A DNA stretch of 63,797 nt, filler included, from Sphacelaria rigidula (GCA_964200075.2; 5 parts of 5 records of this genome joined end to end with filler, not necessarily neighbours in it), one strand, 5' to 3'. Positions 11,609-24,200 are shown, counted from the whole stretch's first letter. Numbers and translations are program-made. The notes: a model not told the origin generated them from the letters alone.

Positions 11609-12680
11609 CTTACATACACGTGTATTACACGTGTTACACGAGTTATTCCAATACACTGCCTCATGAGTGTCTCACCATTCAAACACCACGCGGTATGATC
11701 ATCCCCTTTGCGCGGAATTGACATTTTCCCACTCCGCACAAGAGGTGGGGGGGGCGGGGGGTGCACCCGACGGTAGATGTGTACTATTCACTTCATTTTA
11801 GTGTAACAATGTACGACGTAGTTGATTTATGTGTAGAGTGCAATAGTTCCTTGTTTCTAGTGTTAATTATCAGTCACATTTCACCTTCCTTTTCCCACTA
11901 TTCCCTCTACGACTGAACGCCGAATTCGAAGTATTTCCGGCCGACACCACTGATAACACTCTAGTCATCATCGGAGCTGGGGGGCGCGGGGGAGTAGTCC
12001 ACCGTGCAACAATGGATTGAAAACAGTAGTAGATGTATGTTTTGATTGTTTTGGGTATGTGATTGTTATCGGCTCTGAACGTGAAAATGACTTTTGTCGA
12101 CCACCGCACTTGTCTGGTATTTTGATGTTTGATGTGATGGTGAAGTTGGAGACAAGATTGTCGTTGCTGTTGGAGGCACGAGAATGAAGTTTATGTTTGT
12201 TCGCAGGGATAATGAAGTCGGAAGCAAGATTTTCGGGACTATTTTCGGCAAAATAGTGAAGGTGAACTGATTATTATCAATGATCAATCTGGCCAGATAG
12301 TGAGGTTGCGCGCAGAATTTTCGGGATTGTTTTCATTTGTTTTGGGAATGGGAGTGACTCATGGACAACTTTTCCGCCGATAGTCCATGAGGGTAGAGTT
12401 GAGAGATATATGCCAACACTGAGTACTGTGACGCTAGCAGGTTTGCTAGTGCTGCAGCGTCTAAATGCTGTTGAGGGACTCCACTGCGCTACTGGCCTCA
12501 AGGTCTCAGTTGTCAGCCTTTACAACATCTTATCATTACTGCGGAGTGAAACACCTGCAGCCCTGCACCATCTGGCCTGGGCTTCACAGCAAGGGTCATC
12601 ATCCACAGGATGCCCTTGTCCCCTGGTCATCATCCAGGATCCACTGTATGTTCAACCGTGACGGCGTGATTTCCCACAGC

Positions 12681-12780
12681 NNNNNNNNNNNNNNNNNNNN
12701 NNNNNNNNNNNNNNNNNNNNNNNNTTAATTAATTAANNNNNNNNNNNNNNNNNNNNNNNNNNNNNNNNNNNNNNNNNNNN
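12681..12780. other. Artificial contig linker (also 25461-25560, 38240-38339, 51019-51118)
   Basis: Each is N44-TTAATTAATTAA-N44, giving stops in all six frames. Confidence 0.97.
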
Positions 12781-13010
12781 TATTTGGCGTGGTGGTCTGT
12801 AAGATAGGAGTCAAGTGCCGCTTCGTGCCTTTCGACCGCATGTTTTCGATCGAAAATTACCTCGTTGAATTTTTCTCCGCGCGTCGCTAATTATAATTTT
12901 GAGTTGAAGCCTTCAAGGAACATACATGCAGTGAACCTTTGAGATCGGCCAAAACAAATTCGACCGCACTTTTTCGATCGAGAAAAAAAGGTGCCAAGAC
13001 GCGTCCTTAC
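12781..13010. repeat. Dispersed repeat; inverted copy at about 22460-22696
   Basis: tatttggcgtggtggtctgtaagata...ttttgagttgaagccttcaaggaacata matches the reverse complement of 22460-22696. Confidence 0.8.
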
Positions 13011-13179
13011 TAGACATGGGTTTTGATCAACGAGGAAAAATTGTCCCAGAAGTTTCAGCAGATGGGCACCTTCCCCTTGCCTAGACGATTAGTACGATAT
13101 GAGGATCATGGCCCGACTCGTCTGTGTCGATAAGATATGCTTTGAGAGCTTAAATCCGTTTCTAGGCTGACCCAGCTCG
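13010..13179. mobile_element. Terminal fragment of the mariner-like family
   Basis: Reverse complement of 56525-56695; ends ggctgacccagctcg. Confidence 0.7.
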
Positions 13180-13664
13180 TGTGACAGAGGCGGGTCTTCC
13201 CCACTCCGGCGCCTAACCCAAAATATTCGATATTTCGTTATGTCAAATCCTGCCTCTAACCGTGACCCAAACTCAAGCCAGAGAAAAACCGATTACCTAT
13301 TTTCGGGCGACGGGGGTGCAGTGAATGTTCTTTGGTTAGCTCAAATGGGCGCCCGAGGCAGAACACGCGCTGGGCAGGCTGCGCGTACGTTCGGCGAGCG
13401 CCTGTGGCTTCGGGCTTACAGCCTTTTCAAAGATTCGAATGTTGTGGTCGGAACTCGGAACTAAAAGCAAATATATATTCAACCATCGGATTTTGGCACC
13501 CAACCTGCTTGCCCTGGTTTCCTTCAGCGAGTGCCCCTACTTTTTTTTTTTGTCTTGGATTAGCGTTAGGGCTAAGGTTTAGGGTGAGGGTCGTGTGACC
13601 ACGGCTGATATTGTGGCGGATAGGAGTACTCGGAATAATTTGATGTGTGACAATCATTTTCTTT

Positions 13665-13890
13665 TTTCAAGGTGTCTCATTTCCGTCGTTGAAAGCGTGA
13701 GGACGTGAGAACCAAAACGAGTTCATGAGGAGTTTGAGTCGACGCGGTGCACGAGTACTGATCCAATCGATCAGCGGGACCAACATGCGAAGAGTGTACC
13801 GGGGGAAAGATAAAGTAATCTCTTGCGACCACGGGCTCGTCCATAGGAAGGGCAAGGGGGAGAAGTGTGACAAAAAAGGAAAATCAATCA
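13665..13890 (+). mobile_element. SINE family 1 body (in the intron of the 5-phosphatase gene)
   Basis: Reverse complement of 380-580. Confidence 0.6.
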
Positions 13891-13919
13891 ACCAATGACT
13901 TGCAACACTCGACTCTCAC

Positions 13920-14328
13920 CCGCGACATTCCACGTTCCACAAAAGATTCTGAGATCAAGAGTCTCGCTCGGGCTAACACGAAATACAGAGCTGCTGCCGC
14001 CGCTGCCGCCAACTTCCCCCCCTACCCCGCCATGCTTTTCCTGCGCCTTCGACCTAGTCGCCTGCTCCCATGCGGATTGCACCAACGCAGGGTCCAGAGC
14101 CTCGCACCCACAGCTGCCATCCCCATCACCACGACTGACCTCGGCTTCAACACCAGGACATGGGCTGGGGCGTCCGGTGGGGAGGGCAAAGGGCGGGGGA
14201 ATACTGCTAGCACTACTGCGAGAAGACGTAGATACTGTCGAAGGTGGGAGTTGTTTTGCTAGTTCTTCGTGGCCCTGACTCGCTGCATGTTCTGTTCGTG
14301 GTCTCGGCACTGCTGATTCTAGCTCCAT
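13920..14328 (-). CDS. Inositol polyphosphate 5-phosphatase, first coding exon (partial gene)
   Basis: ATG at 14328; low-complexity N-terminus then LRIFCGTWNVAG, the canonical start of the IPPc catalytic domain; GTGAG donor at 13919. Confidence 0.8.
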
Positions 14329-14630
14329 TGCTCTGTTGATGGTTGTTCGGTGCTGGCAGTAACGTAACAGGCAAGTAGTACGAGCTCAATTGGCAATAAT
14401 GTATGGCATTTTTGTATGCGTGGCACCTCCACATCTTGCTGAGTCCTCGAGACCGCACGAGATATGCAACAAAGCTCAAATTCCGGCAAAGCAAGACAAA
14501 GCAGCACTGTACTCGTATCCGAAGTATTCAGATAAAGACAGCCTGGTCAAATCTTGCTGTGAAAAGCAGAATCAATCACAAACAAAGAAGAAAGTCGTCT
14601 TCGTCTCGGGGAACCGCACAAACGAAGGTT

Positions 14631-14783
14631 ATGGCACGCCGCGATGGCAGCGGAGGAAAGGATGTCGCCGTTTTCGTGGCGGGGGCAGCCGCAGGAGCTG
14701 CAACTCTCTACCTGCTGCTCACACGACGAACCCGATGCAATGAGCGCACTTCCCCCAGCCCAAGCACGACGAGAGTACCTGTG
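14631..14783 (+). CDS. Probable first exon of an unknown protein with an N-terminal membrane anchor
   Basis: MARRDGSGGKDVAVFVAGAAAGAATLYLLLTRRTR...; GC-rich; GTATGT donor at 14784. Confidence 0.5.
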
Positions 14784-15245
14784 GTATGTGTATCCTTGGT
14801 TGATGTTGAGTTATTTCGGAGTGAGATGCGGAGTTGGAGAGAGCATTCACTCGTGCATGTACTCTATCTCTTTCTTGGGATGCAGCACGGTACGTCCGAG
14901 TACGCAAACATGAATGTCGTCGCAGTCTGGTCGGTTGTTCTGTCTTCTCAACTGCAACCCTAAAACTCGTCGGTTGACAACGATGATGCACGTCGGACAA
15001 ACCGACATGTGTGATACCATTTTGCATCACAGTACAGTGCAACACAGTAGTATGTGCTTGTATTCGGTGCGCTGTTCTCTACCACACCGTACACATACAC
15101 TGCACAACGCCTACAGTCGTGTGCCGCGCAATGAGCTGCAATACAGGACGAAAGACTGTTGTATTCAGGAGTTATTTGGTGTTGCCCCGCCGCAAACTGT
15201 TCCTCCACCTCCTCTATTTAATGTCGGTTAAGTACACTGGCTCCT

Positions 15246-15310
15246 GTGCGGTGCGGTGCGGTGCTCTGCTCTGCTCTGCTCTGCTCTGCTCTGCTCTGCT
15301 CTGCTCTGCT
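15246..15310. repeat. Compound pentanucleotide microsatellite (GCGGT)n(GCTCT)n
   Basis: Read directly from the sequence. Confidence 0.95.
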
Positions 15311-15759
15311 AAACTGATGTTCGCCAACTGTAGTCTAGGCCATCCTTCATTGTGCCATGTGGAGGTTAGTCGACTTTTGCAGTGCAGAAACGTTACGCGT
15401 TACACCCGCGTGGACGCATAGGTACTGTAGTTTATTGGTGCCGTACTAGTGCTCTTGTTTACAGGACAAGTAGTCCCTGTCGTTCGCTTCTTGATCAAAC
15501 ACCCCAAATCATGCGTCTGCCATGCTGTTCATGGTCAAACGTAGTGCTGTACTGTCTACGCTGACTGGGTGCTCTTGTTTTGTACAGTATTGGATGCCAG
15601 TAAATTAAACGATATGCTTTCCCTCCCGATCGAAACCCCCAGTCCTTGCCACTTGCCACTACACAAGGAGCGTCGGCTATCGGCACATTGCTACTATAAT
15701 AGCTACGGCTATACTGTACATCGGTAGGCGCTGAACCGGCAGAGCAATATCTCACACGT

Positions 15760-16525
15760 CGTACAGATCAGCTCACTATAGCTCGAGCTAGCTCTTTTAT
15801 AGGGTAGCTCCCTGGTGAGCTATGAGAGCTACATGAGCTACGCATGTTTTCCCTGCATGAGCTACCAACCCGTAGCTCATCAGCTCATATTCGTCCTGGG
15901 TGAGCTGTGGGAGCTGTATGAGCCACGCACGTTTTCCCTAGATGAGCTACCAACCCGTAGCTCATCAGCTCATACTCGCCCTGGGTGAGCTCTGAGAGCT
16001 GCATGAGCTATGCATGTTTGCCCTGGATGAGCTACCAAGCCGTAGCTCATCAGCTCATATTCCCCTGGGTGAGCTACCAACTCGTAGCTCATCAGCGCAC
16101 GTTGACCTTGTGTTGAGCTATCGGACGTAGCTCACATGTACATGTTTGACTATAAGTGAGCTACCGCCCGCAGATGAGCTAGCTCATGAGCTGTCCTACG
16201 TGTGCAATAGTTGGTGTCACTAAATCAGCTTCACACTCCCCGTTTTGAGGAGTTGAAAGCTGAAAGTTGGACAAGAGTTCACACGTGGGACAGCTCATGA
16301 GCTACCTGAAATAACTAGTCGAAGAGAACTCTCAGATCCATCGTACAAAGACCCAAAACACGTAACAGCAGCGTCCGAAAAGCCAAAGGGTTACCTTTCC
16401 GCTACACCGCGTGCTCGGCGTCCATCGCTGTTGGGAGCTAGTACGGAAATAGTGAACTAATGAGCTAGCTCATCATCCGGATCAGTACTATAATAACACT
16501 AATATCCAGGTACAGTAGCTCATAT
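15760..16525. repeat. AGCT-rich element with a ~85-bp tandem unit containing hairpins
   Basis: About 3.3 units at 15811-16095, each with GATGAGCTAC-N6-GTAGCTCATC; many dispersed GAGCTA/TAGCTC motifs. Confidence 0.85.
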
Positions 16526-16729
16526 CATCAGTACCCAAAAACGTGATGGCGCAGCCAAAAGGGAAAAGGACAAGAATTTACATTATAGCCAATTTTACGG
16601 AGACGGCGAGAGTGCAATAGGTAATATGTTGAATCGGCATCAATTCCACTTGAAAAAAGAACGCATGATCCAGATGGACTGCGCTCGCGGTCTAAGGGTA
16701 GCCTTAGATTGCGAGCGTCGCCTCGGAAC

Positions 16730-16880
16730 AGGAACAGTTTCACTGGCTGATAGGTCAGGGACATCCGGGGACTTCCAGGGGAAGGGGAGTTGACAGGGTG
16801 GTGGGTGTCTGTTCGCAGAACAGCCGAAAAGCTCACCAAATCAACCATGTGTGTTTGAAAGTTTCCCAAGGAAAATTATA
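16730..16880. repeat. Dispersed repeat; inverted copy at about 33295-33450
   Basis: cagccgaaaagctcaccaa is the reverse complement of ttggtgagcttttcggctg, with flanking similarity. Confidence 0.7.
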
Positions 16881-17199
16881 CAGTCTTACGCCGAAAGAAA
16901 AAAAACATTATTCGGAACAGAATCCGACATCTTTTCGCCCCGATACGCACGCACACACAGCGTAACCCCAGATTCAGCAAGATGAGGTTGTTGCCTATGG
17001 TCTACATGACATGCGGGCGAAGTGTCAGCGCGTAAAAGTGCTGGAAGCGCGTGCACGGCCGTGCCTCCTGAATTGAGCACCTCTTCAGACAATAGATAGA
17101 CTTGTACCGCACAGAATGTCATGATCCGGAACATCATGATCCGGAATGTGTGCCAATACAGATCGATGTTTGTTTGACGGCGCAGAAACTGTGTAGTAG

Positions 17200-17545
17200 G
17201 TCATGAAGTGGAAGTGAGCGCACCCGCGTGTCAACATATGCATTCAGCGATGTCTCACGCAGTCTGGGCTGCAGAGACGCCGTTTTGAGGGCGTACGGAC
17301 GACATAACCCAAAATCCGTGTTCGCTCTGTGCTTTATGCGCGCCACCCATCACGTGCCGCCGAAGAGCATACGTGTTGTGTGTGTGTTGTGCTGCACCTC
17401 TGTGCCAAGTTTGAAGCCTGATGGTGACGACACGGTGGAGAAATCCACAAAGTAACGGTTCAAAGGTGGAGAATGCAGTCAAATGCAGTACTGAACCGTC
17501 CAAAGATACATGAGCTGCGGTTACACCGCATATCACAGTTGCGGT
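17200..17545. repeat. Left arm of a long imperfect inverted repeat (partner 25140-25460)
   Basis: ggaagtgagcgc...catatgcattca...gccgttttgagggc...aaccgtccaaagataca...gttacaccgcata matches the reverse complement of 25140-25460. Confidence 0.75.
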
Positions 17546-18228
17546 GAGTTACCATCGTCCTATTTACACCCCTTCATTTACACCCAGTACGATGGCAACT
17601 AGTGCAGGGTCCGCGAACGTGTCGGGTCTTGGGGGCGATAGCTCACCCTCCGATGGTTTCTCGTACCAATGGTGTGTACAGCAAGAAGCACTGCGGGCTG
17701 AGGTATCGCGCAGATGCGAAACTGCACCCCAGTGTGGGTGTGTGTCCACGCGAAATATTCAGTCGATACCGTCACGAAGGTCGGGTTCAAGGAACGCCTC
17801 TTTGTCGAATTGCTTCGTTGTACCCACGGAAAATGTCTCTGTTTGGGCACTCACCGCGCGTAAGAAAGTATCTCGGTGGAAATCACCTGTTTCATCATCC
17901 CAAATTATCCCGAAGATGATGTTTAGGCTGAAGTCGACACCTCGGAACGATCGTATCTCTTCGGTGATACTGTTCCGCAGCGATTTTTCCGTGCAAGGGT
18001 CATGTCACGGTTCGAATCGTGGCCGACTTGCTATCTCAGCAAGAAGCGGTCGACACAATAGCATACATGAACAAAACAAAAAACGATCTTGCTTTTAACA
18101 AAAAAAAAAGTGTTTGGAACAACATGATCGTTTGTTACTGAAATTGCAACTCCGGCCGTTAAGGAAACTGCCGCGTACACGGTACAAGCTGGTTCAGGTT
18201 GAAAACCCAAAATTTAGTCCCCGGCGAT

Positions 18229-18494
18229 TCCTCACGCCGTTTTTCCGAGTTAGACCACGAAATTTTGCACAGTTTTTCTCGAAGGCATTACCTAAAACTC
18301 GAAGAATGGGCTTTTTGAGGGGGGGGTTGGGGTCGAGATAGCCGGGATCCGCTACCTCCTCCGGTCAAGTTGGTCGACCGCGACCATGGATGAATATTCA
18401 ACAAAAAAAAAGCCCAATCTTCGAGTCTTGAGTAATGCCTCCGAGAACATGTGTGCAAAATTTCGTAGTCTAACTCGCCAAAACAACGTGAGGA
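18229..18494. repeat. Foldback/MITE-like inverted repeat with ~88-bp arms
   Basis: 18229-18317 is an imperfect reverse complement of 18404-18494. Confidence 0.7.
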
Positions 18495-18694
18495 AATTCG
18501 AAAACGTGCGCTGAAGTATCAAGAAGTCTGCGTGCCCCCCTGATTACTTCGTTGAATAAATAGAATCGCCCTTTTTGAGGGTTGCTATTACGGTACAAGA
18601 CCCAGCCGATTCAGTTTTTCGACTCGAGCAACACATGTTCCTTGGGATACCACCTAGACCTTAGATGTCAAACTTTTGAGGTTGAGGCATTTTG

Positions 18695-19255
18695 CACCGG
18701 TTTCCGGGGGTCTTTATGCTGGGACCCCCGGAAGCCGGTAGAGATCAGAGAAACTTTGAAACCGTGCCAAGAATACAATTTTTCCATTCGGAGCATCAAT
18801 ACCTTCGGAATTGCCAAGTCTGAGGATGATCTGAGCTTCTCTATAACAGATAAAAGGGAAATCGTCACAAGGCTCCGTGGGTCTTTCGTACGCATCATGA
18901 GTGGAAATCTGACGACGCCAAAGCTCCACATCACCGAAACATTACGGTTTCGGGCAAATTCGACCCCGTTGGAACCGTTTTCAAATCTGTTTCTCCCGTT
19001 AGATTCCCAAGCTGATGACGGTTACTACGATTTGAATCATATGGAGATTCGGTGGAAATTGGGCTTGGAACTCGTGTTTTCAATTTCGAAACAATTTAAA
19101 AGGCGCAGACTGGTCGAGATACTTTTGTCCACAGCGCCACCGCTATAGCGTCAAACAAAAATCCGGCTCTGTCACCCTTTTCGTCTATTCATTGCGGTCA
19201 GTATGATACCATGTATGCGACTATCGGGTGCGTATTGCGGAGGGCGTTTGCTGAT
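18695..19255. repeat. Dispersed repeat; direct copy at about 57745-58305
   Basis: Long colinear match (gaggatgatctgagctt...ctccacatcaccgaaacattacggtttcggg...cattgcggtcagtatgataccatgtatgcgact). Confidence 0.85.
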
Positions 19256-21279
19256 GACAGAATTTTGCGTTTTCAATCTGAATCAGCTTATACGCAAAGG
19301 TGCTCTGGTGTTCATTTTTCTTGTTACGTGACCGCCCGTGTCATGGACAGTGCGGGTTCCGCCACAAACAAAGCCTTGCGGGGGTTCTCGAGGTCCTTTG
19401 CAACGGTGTCGACGAATAAAGCTTGTAATTCGGAGGTGCCAACATTCGCCCAATCCTCTCGTCGGCTGAAAATCGTCAGCGAAATGTCAACAGCCAACCA
19501 CATGAGTGTTTGACACGTCACAAATGGCCTCGGGGTCAAGGCGTAACGGTAGGACTTCCGGCGGGCTTTGTGAAGAACGAAACATAACATTCGCCGGGTA
19601 TTGCAGTTCCGCACTAACTTTAACACGTACATGACCAACCCCGGCGAGAAACAGTCATAGCATATTTTTTCGACGTGATACCAGCCCCGTTATAGTCGGG
19701 GCCTTCGCTGCATACATCCCCGAAATGCACACCGAAGACAGAATGAAGCCCAAAAAATCCGATGATATGACATCGCAAGAGGTCCTGTCAATGATACGTA
19801 TTGGGGGGGAAGGAGAAGGCATGACTCTCGCAATCTAGTGCCGGACGTTTTTGCTATTCCCAGAGAGTAACATATTTGAGGAGCCTGCACAAGTACCGGT
19901 ATCCCTTGCAAAACGCACAGTGTCCGCAGAAAGAACACCTGCCCTCAACACTCAATATCCTGATGGTATGACCACTGCATCCTTCGCAGCGGCGGGCGGC
20001 CCAGGCCGCAAAATCGTTCGGGAAAATGTCGACCGCCCACATCAATACGCACGATGCGCCGGGATCGTTCGATACCCAACAAATCCTCGGACTTTCTATG
20101 GGAAAAAAAACGAGAGGAAATCGCGCCCGTTGACCCATCCACGTCGGCCGCCGCCGCGGGCACATCTGCAGAAATTGCACGGGGATGTCAAGCGCATAAT
20201 GTGACAATCGATCCTTCATCGAGCCCACATTACATCCTACGGTATACATGGTCTCCATCCATCCGCGATGCAGCCCGTGGCAGCCTCACGGTCTGGGTTC
20301 GCCGCTGTTGGTGCACCTAAGGCGAAATGTAGCGCACACGATGAATAGACGCAGAGAGGGTCAGCGAGCCTGAGTCGTGTGCCTTTCGACCCCCGGGGGA
20401 GGGGGGTATACTTCACGATACCACTGGAAATGGGACGGCGTCGCCGCGCAGCATGACTGATCGGCATAAATCGGATTCAGCATGCTCGCAATACTCCCAG
20501 AAGGTCCGGTTTCCCGTTGCTCACTCACCGACAGTTAGCTTCCAATGTCATGTACAACAGACACATTGTGCTCCCCTTATCCAACAAAATCACAGATTGC
20601 AACATTAAAATTATTGCAACCCCACCGCAGCCCCATCCGCCCAACATCATATCAAACAGAAGAAGAATTCTTCGGGATTGCGGTTGATGCACGGGCCTGG
20701 GGATCATAATAAACGAGGGGGGACAGAGGCATATGACTGTTGACGCGGACCTGCCTCGCCGAAGCTCTTGGAATCATACCTTTGCGTTGACCACTCTCTC
20801 GCACATCATCGTTCATCCGGTCCAAGTATAATTCCGGCACGTTCTCGCCCGTGTCTCCCCACGAAGCATTGGTTGACTATCTCACATTAGCTGATTGCAA
20901 CAATCCAGCCCGTGGTCAGGAGCAGCAAAAATAGAACAGAATAATAAAAAATACAAGAAAAAAAATAGAAGGGAACAGAGAAACGACAGAAGCAACGGCC
21001 TCAGCATGTGACTCCTCCGATGACGTGCTGCTACGGCACTCACAGTCTCCACCCGAGGTCGCCTCTGCTTCGTCGCCACTGTCACCCCCGGGATCCACTT
21101 CAGACACTTTCTACGATAGCCCCCCCCAAAAAACCAGCCCAAAAGTGTCACGAAAAAAATCGCCATACAGCGCCTGATGTTTGGGTTCAGGCTGGATAAA
21201 GTACCTCATATTGGCAACATTGGCGAGAATGAACCCAAGCGTGGGAATTCCCAGCTGCTCGTTNNNNNNNNNNGTGAAG

Positions 21280-24200
21280 ATTTTGCCTCCCAAAACCATG
21301 CATTTCTTTGGGAGGGGCTATCGTATGAAATGTCTTCATTGGCCATCACCAATTCCAACCCTTCGCTAACCGGTACGTTTTGCGCGTCGATATCCGGATC
21401 GCACCGCCCGTTGCACCCACACAGTATGGGATGGCAATCCTTTCCAAGCTTCGTGCATTTGCAGTTGCGTTCGCACCTGTGTTTCTCGGCCGCCAATGGG
21501 TTACACCGGCACAGAAGACGATTGATCCTCCCTGTGGGGTTGATGCGCCCGTGTTCCGATAAGTTGACAACATTGGCCTTCGTCATGGGCGTTTGCGCGT
21601 TTCGAGACGTCGTACTCCAACCGTGATTGTTTAGATCCACGTGCGCCATGGACTCCTCCATACCCCCCATCCAACATTCCAATACAGCTACAGCTCGCTG
21701 CGCTTGGAAGCGAAGCGCATCCGCGGGCGGCACAAGGTCTGTTGGCCTCCTGCCACCCAATTTTCACCTCAAAAACCTCCCCCAGTGGTTGTGGTTGTCC
21801 TTCGTCAGAGAGCTCATCTATCGGCCTGGGATCCCCATGACGCATGTCCATGATCACAGAGCTGCGAAAGACACGGAACGATGATGAAGGCAGGCAGGAT
21901 TGCGCGATCGAGTGCGATTGTCAACATCACCCATGTGCCTACCGATCCGCCGTTGCGCGAATCACTCATGTTTTTCGTTGATATCTCAGGGGTGGGGGGG
22001 GGGTGGGGTTTGAGAGATGGGCGAGAGTTTTGCCCAGCGATGGAAGCTCACATAGTCGGGGAACCGCTGTGAATAAGTACCTGTGCGATGGAAGAGCATG
22101 ATGCCAACACAACAAGTCATCGTAAGTGTTGGGAAAGCACGATTTTTGGGCCAGAGCCTCATTTTGGTGCTTGGCATCCTCCTGTATGCAGAGTCAGAAA
22201 GCTATGCTGTCTGTATGTCGCATTGCCCGCTTCTTTTCCACATCGCGCCTGCATGCTGTGCGAATCACACACTCTATGTAGACAGGACGGGCACGCTTGT
22301 ACAGTCTGTACTGTCTATTGAATATAAGTAAAGAAGTACCGCTTCACGAATTTCGCTTAGCCTTTTCGATTCACAGCTCCAAGTTCGCTCGGACCCAAAC
22401 ATAGCAAAACGAACTGAATCAGTTCCGCCGCACGAACTCGTTCGAGTCGAAAATGGTCTGATTAGGGCGTGTCTTCGCATTTTTTTTTCGATCGAAAAAG
22501 TGCGGTCGATTTTCTTTGCAGGTCTCATGGGTCCACCGAATTTATGTTCCTTGAAGGCTTCAACTCAAAATTATAATTAGCAGCGCGCGGAGAAAAATGC
22601 AACGAGGTAAAAAAACAATCGTTTTCGATCGAAAACATGCGGTCGAAAGACGAAGCGGCACTTGACTCTTATCTTACAGACCACCACGCCAAATAACACC
22701 TGTTCACAGGACCATGCAAACTCCATCCAACTAATTCTCTGAGAGAGCTACCACCCCAACCCTGCAGCATAGAGCACGAGTTGAGCACAGGGATAGATAC
22801 CTTGCAGTAGCTGGATATGCTTTTTTTTTTTTTGTTGGCGAAAACTTGCACATGTTCCCTCATGGTAGGAATCAGCGACGGAACTGCGTGGTACGGTGGG
22901 CAACCGAGTTGCGCGCACGCTCATGGACACTGCAGGCAGTACAAAGCTGCAGGCTGCTGAAGTCCTCTTCACGTCGCACTGTAAGGAGAGAGAACTGATG
23001 GTCCTGGGCTCTCTGCACTGCACGTTGCCCGCTTCTCCTTTATGCCCTCCTAAACGAAACACGCACACACGTACTCAAGACACCCTGCTTGCAACCAGTG
23101 CAGACAGTACGGACTGCCTGTACTGTACACGAGTGACCATGTGCCGTTTCACGAGTTTCACTGTCTTTTTTGGATCGAAAGCTCGAAAATCCATCTGGAC
23201 CCAACTGCATTAAAACAAGAAAATTTCGCTCAGATCGATTCCACCGCCCCATTTTTTCGATCAAAAAAACAAATGCTAACAGACCCTAAGACACGGCCTC
23301 ATGGTACACCTCTACAGACTGCACGGCACGGGCGCTGCAAATGACACGGGCGGATCGGGGTGCAAGACGTCTTGCAACCCAATACCGACGGTGTCGGCGT
23401 GCGTGGTCACCCTCCCTGTGGGTCAATCAACGTGCCCTAAATGTGTCCTTGTCCACTACAGTGTACAGCACTGTAGCCAACAGCACGCTACGTAACCCTT
23501 TCGTGTATACCGACACTCGCATACATTGTTTTACGGTGCAGTAAGTGCAGCACAACAGGTACTGTGCTTCAACTACAGCACAATAACTTCATCTGCACAA
23601 AATACAGTACAGTAAATACAGAAGCGTGCAGTTGTGCATGTATGTGTCCCATTTATTCTGGGCGCCAGTCTGCACCTTTCGGTATATGTGGATGCATGAC
23701 AGTGTTTATATAAGAACTTACCAAGAACCTCGCACAATTGTCAAACTTCACGCGGTCCAACTTGACCACCAGGGGTGCCTGCGGATCATCGTGTCGTGCA
23801 TCTTGCGCGCCAAACCATTTGACGCAATTCTTTGTCTCATGGAATCTACACATCATGGACAACACCATCTCCGTGCTGTAAACCCTGATGGACCTGCGTG
23901 GACGCCACGCATCGACTACCAGTGTCTCCGCTGCATACGGGTGCTCGGCAACAGTATCGTTACCACCCAACGCGGTACTTTGTCACTTGAACGTCACCTT
24001 TTCGACCATAAACCAGCACCGACGCTCCTGCCTTCATCCAAGCTTCGCAGTGGTGTCGCGTGTCGCACCGGCACTCCTTGGTGTGGAGCTCCCCGGTCGT
24101 GTGGTACCCTTATTTTGCGGGTGGTTCCACCTGAAGCCTTATACAATGACTCTTGTATGCGGGCTTTTACCTTCTTGTAATTTTTGTTGCCTTCGGCGTA

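Larger units (their letters stand above)
1415..11653 (+). mobile_element. Outer Copia-like LTR element (gag + protease only, 3' LTR almost entirely lost)
   Basis: 5-bp TSD CACTG at 1410-1414 and 11654-11658; 5' LTR TGTTGGAA...TTCCAACA; element ends acacgagttattccaata, matching the LTR end acacgacttattccaaca; decayed gag and protease inside. Confidence 0.8.

Noticed and set aside
12725-12736. Regularly spaced TTAATTAATTAA palindromes about every 12.78 kb
   Set aside because: Artificial six-frame-stop linker embedded in Ns
13560-13592. Telomeric TTAGGG repeats
   Set aside because: Only about five degenerate internal units; not a chromosome end
15811-16095. CRISPR-like array of hairpin repeats
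   Set aside because: The intervening sequences are homologous to each other (tandem repeat, not unique spacers), there are no cas genes, and the context is eukaryotic
12781-22696. One 10-kb transposon defined by the inverted copies at 12781 and 22696
   Set aside because: It would enclose host gene starts and cut across the Academ-like locus; more simply two independent copies of a dispersed repeat
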